Assembly: GCA_963770895.1 (NCBI GenBank)
Contig: CAVYRF010000002.1
Span: 4,480,001 to 4,544,000 of the forward strand
Direction: 5' to 3'
Origin: an uncultured Acidobacteriota bacterium
GTDB lineage: Bacteria; Acidobacteriota; Thermoanaerobaculia; Multivoradales; UBA5704
Length of the DNA: 64,000 bases
The number at the start of each line of letters is the position of its first letter. Position 1 is the first letter of the stretch. Made by a program: the position numbers and the translations under genes. Under the pieces are notes generated by a model. The model worked only from the letters and a program-made list of their open reading frames with translations. It ran no database searches and was not told where the DNA came from. Positions 40,872-51,509 of this stretch are shown here, one piece after another.

Positions 40872-42287
40872 ATGGAACTAGACCGCCTCCTCAAGGTAAT
40901 GACGGACAAGGGGGCTTCAGATCTGCATCTGAAGCCGACGCGGCCGCCTCTGCTGCGCATCAGCGGCAAGCTGATCCCGATCGACCTGCCGCCGATCACC
41001 GTCGACGAGCTGTCGCAGATGCTCATCGGCGTCCTCAACGCGCCCCAGCGCGCCAAGCTGGAGGAGCGCCTGTCGGTCGACATCGGCTACGGCGTCAAGG
41101 GGCTGGCGCGCTTCCGCGGCAACATCTACGTGCAGCGCGGCAACCTGGCGGCGTGCTTCCGGCGCGTGCCCTACCAGATCAAGACCCTGGAAGACCTGGA
41201 CCTGCCGGCCGTGATGGATGAATTTTGCGAGCTGCCGATGGGCCTGGTGCTGGTGACCGGACCGACGGGCAGCGGCAAGTCGACGTCGCTGGCGGCGATG
41301 GTGCGGCGGATCGCCACGACGCGGCCGGTGCACATCATCACCATCGAAGACCCGATGGAGTTCCTGTTCACCGACGACATGGCCTCGATCTCCCAGCGCG
41401 AGCTGGGGACCGACACCATGGCGTTTTCCGAAGCGCTGCGCAACGCGATGCGGCAGGACCCCGACGTGATCATGGTCGGCGAAATGCGCGACCGGGAAAC
41501 GGTATCGACGGTCATGACCGCCGCCGAGACCGGCCATCTGGTGTTCTCGACCCTGCACACCAACAGCGCGCCGCAGACCGTCGACCGGATTCTCGACACC
41601 TTCCCCGCCGACCAGCAGGGACAGATCCGGGCGCAGCTGGCGCAGGTGCTCAAGGGCGTCGTCTCGATGAAGCTGGTGCAGCGCCAGGACGGCCAGGGAC
41701 TGGTGGCGGCGCTGGAGATCATGCGCGCCTCCCCCAAGATCTGTAAGTTGATCGAAGAGGGAGAAACGGCGGCGCTGCACGAAGAGCTTGAGTCGTCGGT
41801 GGGCTACTACCGCATGCAGTCGCTCAACCAGTGCCTGCTGTCGCTCTTGGTGCACGGCACGATCACCTACGCCGAGGCGATGCGCCAGGCGTCCGATCCC
41901 GAAGACCTCTCCCTCAAGCTGCGCAAGATGTTCCCGATGATCGAAGAACGAGGAGGCGACATGAGCCCGGTGACGTCGGATTTCTCACAGATCGTCGAGC
42001 TCCAGCAGTTCAAGCGGCTGTACGAAGAGCAGGAGGAAAAGACCCGCCTGCGCCTGGGTGAAAAGGATGAAGAGATCGAGCACATGCACGGCCTGATCCG
42101 CACTCGCGACCAGCAGATCGAAGAGATCCAGGCCCGCCTGCAGGAGATGGGGCAGGATCGCGAGCGCGTGCGCGGCGACTACAACCGCCTGCGGCAGGAA
42201 GCCCAGGAAAAGATCGACAAGCTGATGGAGCGCATCAAGGAGCTCAACCAGCGCCTGATGGGCGCACCCGCCAGCGGCCCGCGGTAA
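40872..42287 (+). CDS. PilT/PilU-family type IV pilus ATPase with C-terminal coiled-coil extension
   Basis: GASDLHL, RFRGN, Walker A GPTGSGKST, TIEDPME, RQDPDVIMVGEMRD, AAETGHLVFSTLHT; ~110-aa charged heptad tail. Confidence 0.9.
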   Translation: MELDRLLKVMTDKGASDLHLKPTRPPLLRISGKLIPIDLPPITVDELSQMLIGVLNAPQRAKLEERLSVDIGYGVKGLARFRGNIYVQRGNLAACFRRVPYQIKTLEDLDLPAVMDEFCELPMGLVLVTGPTGSGKSTSLAAMVRRIATTRPVHIITIEDPMEFLFTDDMASISQRELGTDTMAFSEALRNAMRQDPDVIMVGEMRDRETVSTVMTAAETGHLVFSTLHTNSAPQTVDRILDTFPADQQGQIRAQLAQVLKGVVSMKLVQRQDGQGLVAALEIMRASPKICKLIEEGETAALHEELESSVGYYRMQSLNQCLLSLLVHGTITYAEAMRQASDPEDLSLKLRKMFPMIEERGGDMSPVTSDFSQIVELQQFKRLYEEQEEKTRLRLGEKDEEIEHMHGLIRTRDQQIEEIQARLQEMGQDRERVRGDYNRLRQEAQEKIDKLMERIKELNQRLMGAPASGPR

Positions 42288-42422
42288 CGCCGGCAGCCGC
42301 CGGCGGCTGAGGCCGGGCAGCCGGCCGGCCGGCGCCTGGCGCGGCTGCGGTCTGGTCGCGCCTCTTCCGGCACGTCACACACCCACCGTCCGATCGACGT
42401 CCTGAAGCGCTTCCGCGCTGCC

Positions 42423-43967
42423 TCAGCTCGACGGGTCGGGCGCGGCCGGCCCGGCGTGCCGCAGCACGTAGGCCAGGGCTTCGTCGCGGCTGCGCACCAG
42501 GCCGTCGATCTGCGCCGCGGTGACGCCGGCAAGGGCGCTGCCGACGCGCGGGCCGGGCGGGATGTCGAGCAGGTGCTGGACGTCCTGGCCGCTGATCAGC
42601 TTGGGCGGGGCGATCAGCGCCGGGCCGTCGCGGAGCGCCACCTGGCACAGCGCCGTGGCCGCGCGCCGCCAACGCGCGGCGGCAGCGTCTCCCCGCACCG
42701 CGGCCGCGGCGCCGCAGGAAACCGCCGCGGTCAACCAGCGCCGCCCATGCTGGTGCAGGAACCGGCGCCGGCCGATCTGCGTCCCCGGCAGGTGCGCCGG
42801 CATCGCCAGCACAGACCGGACGTCGGCGGCCGTGCGGGCGGTGACAAATCCAGCCTCCGCCATGCGGTCGAGCGCCGCGGCGGCGGTGCCCGGGTGCCTG
42901 GACCGGGCAGCGTCCTTTCCTGTGGCCCCTGCGTGCGGGCGATCTCCAGCAGCTTGTCGCGGGTCCGGCAGGTGGCGAAACGTTGCGGCATAGCGCGCGA
43001 TCGTCAGGTTCACCGCGTCCCAGGCGGCGGTGGGTGCGCCGGCCGCGGCCAGGCAGGCGGCAAGGTGATGGGCGCAGGCTGGCAGGGCCGCCATCTCTTG
43101 GGCGGTGCGTTCGGCGGCGGCCACGCCCAGGTCGCTGGGGGAAGCGGCGGCCGCGGGATCGCCGGCGGCGCCGCCAGGGGGGGCGGGGGGGCCGCCAGGA
43201 GGCGCGGAGACCGAGCCGAGCCAGAGCGCGGGGTAGACGTCCAGGTCGGCGAGGGCGAGCAGAGCGGCGTCGGCGCGCTCATGCGACAGCATCAGCCCGA
43301 TCTCGTCGCGGATGCGTTCGACGCTCACCTGGCCCAGGTGCGGCGCGGCGGCACGCGCCAGCTCGCGGGTTTCCTCCTGGGCGGTAAATCCGGGCAGTCG
43401 CTGCAGCAGGCGCGCCAGACGCAGCACGCGCAGCGGGTCGCCGGTGAAGCCGTGCTGCGTGGTGGCCCGCAGGACGCGCGCGTCCAGGTCGGCGAGGCCG
43501 CCGAAGGGATCGACGGTCACGTTACGGCGCGGCTCCCAGGCGATCGAATTGATGGTGAGGTCGCGGCGCGCCAGGTCGTCGTGCAGCGACATGTCCTGAC
43601 GGTCCCAGATGTCGACCATGGTGAAGGTGTCCGCCGCTGGCTCGGGTGCCGTACCATGGTCGCGGCTGGCGCCGGCATCGGCACCGTCGCCGCCGGCCGC
43701 GCCGGGCAGCAGGACCAGGCGAAAGGCGGCAAATTCCTTGCCGCCCAGGAGCACCAGGCGGGCCGGCAGGGTCCTGGCCAGGACCTGAGCGATCTCGCTC
43801 CCCCGGCCCGCCACCGTCACGTCCAGGTCGTGCGTCGCCAGGCCCAGTGCGCGGTCGCGCAGGACGCCGCCCACCAGGTGGCATGGGGTGTCGCCGCAGG
43901 CGGCAAGCAGCGCCTGCACCACCGGGTCGCGGCGCAGCGCGGCGAAAGCCTTTGGCGGCGCGGACAT
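42423..43967 (-). CDS. class II tRNA nucleotidyltransferase (CCA family, possibly CC-adding)
   Basis: VGGVLRD..HDLDV, DDLARRDLTINS, DPFGGLADL, DPLRVLR, VSVERIRDE, C-terminal LISGQDV..GPRVG. ATG 43967 lies 6 nt after TACAAT. Confidence 0.85.
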   Translation of the reverse strand: MSAPPKAFAALRRDPVVQALLAACGDTPCHLVGGVLRDRALGLATHDLDVTVAGRGSEIAQVLARTLPARLVLLGGKEFAAFRLVLLPGAAGGDGADAGASRDHGTAPEPAADTFTMVDIWDRQDMSLHDDLARRDLTINSIAWEPRRNVTVDPFGGLADLDARVLRATTQHGFTGDPLRVLRLARLLQRLPGFTAQEETRELARAAAPHLGQVSVERIRDEIGLMLSHERADAALLALADLDVYPALWLGSVSAPPGGPPAPPGGAAGDPAAAASPSDLGVAAAERTAQEMAALPACAHHLAACLAAAGAPTAAWDAVNLTIARYAATFRHLPDPRQAAGDRPHAGATGKDAARSRHPGTAAAALDRMAEAGFVTARTAADVRSVLAMPAHLPGTQIGRRRFLHQHGRRWLTAAVSCGAAAAVRGDAAAARWRRAATALCQVALRDGPALIAPPKLISGQDVQHLLDIPPGPRVGSALAGVTAAQIDGLVRSRDEALAYVLRHAGPAAPDPSS

Positions 43968-44006
43968 GACGGGATTGTAGCGGTGGGCCGGCACCTGGCG
44001 CGGGAT

Positions 44007-44035
44007 TTGCGTTCCAGCGCGAGCAAGGCTAAACT
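44007..44035 (+). promoter_or_regulatory. sigma70 promoter for gatCA
   Basis: TTGCGT-N17-TAAACT, 14 nt upstream of the gatC ATG at 44050. Confidence 0.55.
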
Positions 44036-44049
44036 TTCACTTGAGAACC

Positions 44050-44374
44050 ATGGCCCTAACCATCGACGATGTAAGGAAGATCGCGACTTTGGCCCGTCTC
44101 CGTCTGACCGCCGAAGAGGAGGCGACGTTCACCGGGCAGCTGGGCACCGTGGTGGAGTATATCGACCAGTTGCAGGCGTTCGACGCCGGCCAGGCCAGCG
44201 GATCCGGCCATCCCGGGCTTTCCGGTGACAGCGACAGCGGCGTCGCGGCCGGCGACTCGCGCGAGGCCGCGGACCAGACGGTGCCGTGCCTGGGGCGCCA
44301 GGAGTTTCTGCGCAATGCGCCGCAGGCGCTGGACGCCTTCCTGGTGGTGCCGGCGGTCAAGGCGGGGGGCGGCG

Positions 44375-44391
<17 letters not shown>
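44050..44391 (+). CDS. gatC: Asp/Glu-tRNA amidotransferase subunit C
   Basis: DDVRKIATLARL, FLRNAP...FLVVPAV; directly upstream of and overlapping gatA. Confidence 0.9.
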
Positions 44392-45870
<1,479 letters not shown>

Positions 45871-45871
<1 letters not shown>

Positions 45872-48549
45872 TGCGCCCCGCCGCCCGCCCTCCAGGCCGC
45901 CGGTGCACCGGCGTTTCGGCGGCGGCGGTGCTCCTTGCCCGCGCCACCCTGGCGATTGCCGGAGCCGCCGGGGCCGCGGCGGTGGCCACGATCGCCGCGG
46001 GCTCGCTGATCGCGGCGCCGGCGGCGATCGCGCTACCGGCGGTGATGGCGGAGCAGGATGCCCTGGCGCCGGCCGCGGGTGCTCCCGGCGCGGCTGCCGC
46101 GCCAGCCGCTGCCGGTGGGACAGCCGGATCCGGCCGTCCGGCGGCCGCTCGCTCCGGCCCCTGCCGAGTGCCCGCAACGTCCGCGTTCCGGCTTGCCGCT
46201 TTGCGCTCGGGCGTCGCATCTGGGGCGGCGCCTCCGTCTGCTGCGCTCGGCCCAGCTTCTGCCGCGCGCGTGGTGAGCTTGGGCGGACCACCTGCCGTTC
46301 CGTCACGCGTTGGCGCGGCAGCGCCTTGCGCTGCTTCGTCAAGGCTGGGCATCGCGCCGGTTCCTGCTGCGTTCAGAATCACGGCGTGCGCTGAGCGTTT
46401 TGCTGGGTCGCCTGCCGCTCCGTCACGCGTTGGCCCGGCAGCACCTTTCGCTGCATCGTCAAGGCTGGGTGTTGCGCCGGTTTCTGCTGCGCTCGGATTT
46501 GCGGCGCGTGCGGTTGGGTCCTCGGCTGGGGGCGGGCATGGGGCGGCGCCTGCGTCTGCTGGATCGTCTACGGCTGGCGGATCGTCGTCCCGCGGTGCCA
46601 CAGCCGCTGGCGGCGCTGACGCCGGCAACGGCGACGACGATGCCGAAGCCGACGGCGGCGATCCGGCGACCGGCTCAGCGACCGCGCCGGCGCCGGCAGG
46701 TCCGGTCGCCAGCGGCCTGGGCGCACCGGGCAAGGGCGGTGGGGCGGCGGCGCCCGCCACCTCGCCAGGCCGATCCCCGTCGGCCGCGGCGCGGCACACG
46801 ACGAGCGCCGGCGGTCAGCCGGGCGGTGCGGCCCAGGGGAGCGCGGCGGCGGCGCGGACGGTGCGGCTGGCGGCGGTGCCCGCCAAGGGGATGCGGGTGC
46901 GGCTGGAGGAGGGGGTCGAGGCGTTTGTCAGCGGCGAGGGGCAGCTGGAGATCCAGGCGAGGCCGCGCCGGGGCGAGGGTTTCACCGTCTTCGCGCAGCG
47001 CCTGTGCGGCGATGCGCGGCTGGTGCCGCAGGTGTTGGAGGCCAATCGCCTGCGCGCCGGCGCGCGGCCGCTGACCGGCGTGCGGTACCACTTTCCGTTC
47101 GAGATCCTGTCGGCCGCCTGGCAGCTCAAGGTGGAGCAGGCGCTGTACCCGGAAGACCGCGGCGACGCCACCGGCTGGCGCCACCAGGTGCGCGGCCTGG
47201 GCGCGCTGCACCAGGAGAACCTGTGGCAGCTTTCGGAGTGGTTCACCGGCAAGGGCGAGAACTTCCGCGCCATCCGCGAATACAACAAGCTGCGCGACGA
47301 AGACGTGGCGCAAAACGCCGTGCTCACCATCCCGTCGGAGCTGCTGCGCCCGGCCTTCGGCGCCGCGCTGCCGGTGCCGCAAAAACCGTTCACCCTGGGG
47401 TACGGCAAGGACGAAACCGGCGAGTACGCCGTCTACCGCCTGCGGCCCGGCGAGGCGCTCTATTCGGGGGTCGTGGTGCGCTTCACCGGCCGCATCTACG
47501 CCGCCGACGTCAACGCCCTGGCCGCGGAGATCGCCCACCGCAACGGCATCGAGGACGTGACCGCGATCCCGGTCGGCTTCCGGGTCAAGATCCCCCTGGA
47601 CCTGCTGCAGCCCGAGTTCCTGCCCGACGGCGATCCGCGCCGCAAGGAGTACGAAGCCGGCCTGCGCGCCAGCTCGCAGTTCAGCAACCAGGTGCACGCC
47701 CGCGGCCTGGAGGGGATCACCGTCATCCTGGACCCCGGCCACGGCGGCCTGGATTCGGGGGCCACCATGGCGGGGGTGTGGGAGAGCCTGTACGTCTACG
47801 ACATCGTGGTGCGGCTCAAGCGCCTGCTGGAGGCGCACACCGCCGCCGCGGTCCAGGTCACGACGCGCGACGGCGACGACTATCACGTCGTCGACGCCGA
47901 CGTGCTGCCGGCGTCGCGGCGCCACGCCGTGCTCACCAATCCGCCCTATCCGATCGAAGATCCGGTGGTCGGGGTCAATCTGCGCTGGTACCTGGCCAAC
48001 AGCTATTTCCGCCGCGCCATGAACGCCGACAACGATCCGCAGAAGGTGGTCTTCCTGTCCATCCACGCCGATTCGCTCCACCCATCGCTGCGCGGCGCCA
48101 TGGCCTACATCCCGGCCGCCCGCATGCGCGACGAGAGCTACGGCAAGAGCGGCCCGCTCTATGAAGCGCGCGAGGAGTTCCGCGAGAGCCCGCGCGTGGA
48201 GTTCCCCTGGAACCAGCGGGTGGAAAGCGAAGGCCTGTCGCGCGAGCTGGCCAAGCAGATCATCGGCGCCTTCGAAGAGACCGGCCTGCCGGTCCACCCC
48301 TTCACGCCGGTGCGCGACCACATCATCCGCAAGCGCAGCGAATGGGTCCCCGCCGTGCTGCGCTACAACTCCGTCCCGGCCAAGATGCTGCTGGAAGTCT
48401 GCAACCTGAACAACGACCTGGACCGCAACCTGCTGAAGACCCGCGCCTACCGCCAGAGCGTCGCCGCCGCCATCCTGGACGGCCTGCTGGCCTACTACGG
48501 CCAGAACGCCGCCCAACCCGCCGTCCGCGTCGCCCGCGCGGCGAAGTAG
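45871..48549 (+). CDS. N-acetylmuramoyl-L-alanine amidase (Amidase_3) with LysM-like domains and a long low-complexity N-terminus
   Basis: ILDPGHGG, WESLYV, LSIHADS and LLEVCNL Zn/catalytic motifs; LysM-like segments (ENLWQLSEWFTG...IREYN, YRLRPGEALYS); start codon uncertain. Confidence 0.8.
46291..46500 (+). repeat. imperfect ~90-bp duplication with 120-bp period inside the amidase N-terminal region
   Basis: cctgccgttccgtcacgcgttggcgcggcagc...gtcaaggctggg at 46291 and cctgccgctccgtcacgcgttggcccggcagc...gtcaaggctggg at 46411. Confidence 0.8.
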
Positions 48550-48590
48550 ATCTGCCAGCGGCGCTTGGCGGTACGCCGATCGCGCAGGAG

Positions 48591-48638
48591 GTCTGTGTTG
48601 CAGACTGATTGACAAGGAAGATAAGTCTGAGGCACAAT
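48591..48638 (+). promoter_or_regulatory. sigma70 promoter with candidate operator palindrome
   Basis: GTCTG-N5-CAGAC (48591-48605), TTGACA (48609-48614)-N18-CACAAT (48633-48638). Confidence 0.6.
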
Positions 48639-48660
48639 GGCGGTTGGGAGGGCGGCTTCG

Positions 48661-49359
48661 ATGAACCAGCATGACCTGCGGCGGATCGACTTCGTAACGC
48701 GCAAGTTCAAGGCACTGCAAGGGCTCCGCATGTTTGTCCCGCTGGGCTTGTTACTCCTCGGCGGCGGGCTCACCTCGGCCGTGCGTCCCCAGTCTCTGGT
48801 GGGGGGACTTCTGGCGGTGCTGCTGATCAACGGGCCTGCCTTGTTTCTGATGTGGCGTGCGCCCGCCTACTATGCCAAGCGGTTTGGCGTGGTCCTGCCG
48901 TTGCCTGCTACGGGATCCATCCGCAAGCTCTCGCTTTCAACCTCTCGCCGGCTCGCGGTGGGGGAGTTCCAATTCCTGTCCAGATCCTCTCCGGGCCTGC
49001 GCATCGTGGTCGCGCTGGGGGCGGGTGTTGCCATCCTCGTCGCCCTGATCTGGTCGCACCCGGACCACGTGGCCTTGGCCCGCTTCACCTACCTGGTCAT
49101 GGGCTCAAGTCTGCTCTTCCTCTGGTGGGCCGATCGAGAGCACCGTCTCTCGCAGGGGTACCCGGCGCTGCTTGGGTTGCTGCTGATTGCATTTGCCGGA
49201 CTCAACGGCCGGGCTGGAGCGTTGCATTGGGAAGCGTCCAGGATCGTGGTAGGTGGGGCGATGCTCCTATGCGGCCTGCTTGACCACCTGCAGCTGGTCA
49301 GGGTGCTGGGTCCGGCGCCCTCGGATGTTGCAACGTACGCGGAGGAAGCACAGCGATGA
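48661..49359 (+). CDS. integral membrane hypothetical protein (~6 TM)
   Basis: Hydrophobic helices; GGAGG RBS; ATGA-coupled to the downstream wHTH regulator. Confidence 0.7.
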   Translation: MNQHDLRRIDFVTRKFKALQGLRMFVPLGLLLLGGGLTSAVRPQSLVGGLLAVLLINGPALFLMWRAPAYYAKRFGVVLPLPATGSIRKLSLSTSRRLAVGEFQFLSRSSPGLRIVVALGAGVAILVALIWSHPDHVALARFTYLVMGSSLLFLWWADREHRLSQGYPALLGLLLIAFAGLNGRAGALHWEASRIVVGGAMLLCGLLDHLQLVRVLGPAPSDVATYAEEAQR

Positions 49360-49706
49360 CAACGCCGTTCGAGCAGCTGGCAAACCTGGACCGCACGATC
49401 CACGAGCCGACGCGGCTGGCGATCCTGACCGCGCTGGCGGCTTGCGACGCCGCCGATTTCCTCTTCCTGCAGCGCATCACCGGCATGACCAAGGGGAACC
49501 TGTCGTCCCACCTGTCGAAGCTGGAAGAGGCGGGGATGGTGGAGATCGAAAAGAGCTTCGTCGACAAGAAGCCCCACACCCTGGTCCGCCTGACCCGCCC
49601 CGGCCGCGGCGCGGTGGACGGCTACTGGCGCGAGATGGAAGGGGTGCGCAAAAAGGCCGCCCGCTGGGGCGTCAAGCACGCCGCCCCGGCGCCCTCGCGA
49701 GGGTAA
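49356..49706 (+). CDS. winged-helix transcriptional regulator (HTH_34, ArsR/MarR-like)
   Basis: LDRTIHEPTRLAILTAL, GMTKGNLSSHLSKLEEAGMV.IEK.F..KKP.T..LT..GR. Confidence 0.9.
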   Translation: MTTPFEQLANLDRTIHEPTRLAILTALAACDAADFLFLQRITGMTKGNLSSHLSKLEEAGMVEIEKSFVDKKPHTLVRLTRPGRGAVDGYWREMEGVRKKAARWGVKHAAPAPSRG

Positions 49707-49770
49707 GCCCCCCTACCGCGGGACTGGCGTGGCCGCGTAAAATCGCGGCACGGCGGCGGGCGGGGCAGCA

Positions 49771-49799
49771 GGAACTTTTCCGCTTGGGCGCCGGTCCAA
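49771..49799 (+). promoter_or_regulatory. ECF (RpoE-like) promoter upstream of the sigma gene
   Basis: GGAACTT-N16-GTCCAA, 43 nt upstream of the GTG at 49843; close to the RpoE consensus. Confidence 0.65.
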
Positions 49800-49842
49800 C
49801 TAAGATGAGCGGGAAGGGTCCTCGACGCGGAAGGGGGGGACC

Positions 49843-50541
49843 GTGAAGGCAGCGACGTTTGCCGGTGCGGTACCGCACGACCACGATTGCGACCTGGAGC
49901 TGGCGCAGCGGCATTGCGCCGGCGACCCTGGCGCCTTCGACGAGGTGTATGCGCGGTACGCCGCGATGGTCTACAACCTGGCGCTGCGGCTGGCGGGGGA
50001 TGCAGACGAAGCGGCGGACCTGACGCAGGAGGTGTTCCTGCGGGTGCATCGCGGCCTGGGCGGCTTCAGCGGCCGCTCGGCGCTCAAGACGTGGATCTTC
50101 CGCGTCGCGCTCAACCACTGCCGCGAGCGCCTGTCGCGCTTCCGTCCCATCCTGCGGCCGATCGCCGAAGACACCAACCTGGCCCATGACGGCGGCAGCT
50201 CCTGGGGGCACGCCGGCGCCGCCGATGATGGCGGTGGTGGCGGCAGGGGCGGAGGCGGCGGCTGGGGCGGCATGGGCAGCTGGCGGGCCGAGCCGCTGGC
50301 CGATCCCGGACGCGACCCCGAGGCGCTGGCGATCGCCGCCGATTGCGGCAGGCAGGTTGCCCACGGCCTGGCGCTGCTGCCGCCCGCCTTTCGCGAGGCG
50401 GTCGTGCTGCGCGACCTGCAGGGGCTGTCGTACCAGGAGATCGCCGCCGTGCTGCAGGTCCGCGTCGGCACCGTCCGCTCGCGCATCGCACGCGGCCGGG
50501 AACAGCTGCGCATCTGGCTGGACCAAGGAGAGCGCGCATGA
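49843..50541 (+). CDS. ECF RNA polymerase sigma factor
   Basis: Region 2 AADLTQEVFLRV..F.G.S.LKTWIFRVALN; region 4 LSYQEIAAVL....GTVRSRIARGR; Gly-rich linker insertion. Confidence 0.93.
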   Translation: MKAATFAGAVPHDHDCDLELAQRHCAGDPGAFDEVYARYAAMVYNLALRLAGDADEAADLTQEVFLRVHRGLGGFSGRSALKTWIFRVALNHCRERLSRFRPILRPIAEDTNLAHDGGSSWGHAGAADDGGGGGRGGGGGWGGMGSWRAEPLADPGRDPEALAIAADCGRQVAHGLALLPPAFREAVVLRDLQGLSYQEIAAVLQVRVGTVRSRIARGREQLRIWLDQGERA

Positions 50542-51473
50542 GCCGCCACGTCTCGTCCGAAGCGCTGTCGGCCTTCCTGGACGGTGAAAGCGCCAGCTCC
50601 GATGGCCCCGCCATCGCCTTCCACCTGGCTTCGTGTGCCGCCTGCCGCTCGCGGCTCGACTCGATGCGCCGCCTGGTCCGCGGTCTGGGCCGCCTGACCC
50701 CGGTCGCACCGCCGGCGGATCTGGAGCGCCGCGTCCGCGACACCCTGGCCGCCCGCACGGCCACGCGCCCGGCGCACACCGCCGGGGGCGCCGCCCCCCA
50801 GCCCGCCGTCCTGTCGCTGGCGGCCGCGCCGCCGCCGGTGCCGCCCGGTCGGGTCGCCGCCTCGCCGGTCCCCATGGCCGTCGCGCCCATGTCTTCCCTC
50901 GCGTCCGTCGCGCCCCTCGCGCCGCGCGGAATGTCGCGTCCGTCGCGCAGCGGTGTTGCCGCGGACTGGCTGGCGCCGGCACGGCGGGTGCGGGCCTGGT
51001 GGGCGCGGGTGTCGCTGCCCAGGTTCTCGGGACCGCCGCGCCTTGCCGGTGCGCCGCTGGGCGTCGGCTTGGCTTTCCTGCTGACCCTGGTGGTCCTGCA
51101 ATACGGCGGCGGTGGCGGCGCCGGTGGCGGCCTCGGCGTGCTGCACCTGTCCACGGCGCCGGCGGCAGGCGGCTCCCGGATCGAACGGCCGGAGTTTCGG
51201 GTGAGCGAATTCTTCGGCGACGCCCCGGTGGTGCCGCCGCAGACCACCAGCGAGGTGGCGGGGCGGGTCTTCGTGCTCAGCGACGACGTCTGGGTGCAGC
51301 GCGGCCTGGACGCCACCGACACCGCCCAGCCGCATGCCCTGATCAGCGCCCGCAGCCCCCGCGGCCGCCGCCTGCTGGCCCGCTATTCCGACCTGGGCGT
51401 CCTGCTCGCCGACGGCTCCCGCGTCGTCCTGCGCGACCACCTGCAGACGCTGGAACTGTCCAACGACTCCTGA
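50538..51473 (+). CDS. zinc-binding (zf-HC2) transmembrane anti-sigma factor
   Basis: H..EALSAFLDGE...HLASCAAC (HxxxCxxC), one TM (GVGLAFLLTLVVL), ATGA-coupled to the sigma gene. Confidence 0.85.
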   Translation: MSRHVSSEALSAFLDGESASSDGPAIAFHLASCAACRSRLDSMRRLVRGLGRLTPVAPPADLERRVRDTLAARTATRPAHTAGGAAPQPAVLSLAAAPPPVPPGRVAASPVPMAVAPMSSLASVAPLAPRGMSRPSRSGVAADWLAPARRVRAWWARVSLPRFSGPPRLAGAPLGVGLAFLLTLVVLQYGGGGGAGGGLGVLHLSTAPAAGGSRIERPEFRVSEFFGDAPVVPPQTTSEVAGRVFVLSDDVWVQRGLDATDTAQPHALISARSPRGRRLLARYSDLGVLLADGSRVVLRDHLQTLELSNDS

Positions 51474-51509
51474 GTCGGCCGCCCGGCACCAGGCGCCGCG
51501 CGGCGGCGA

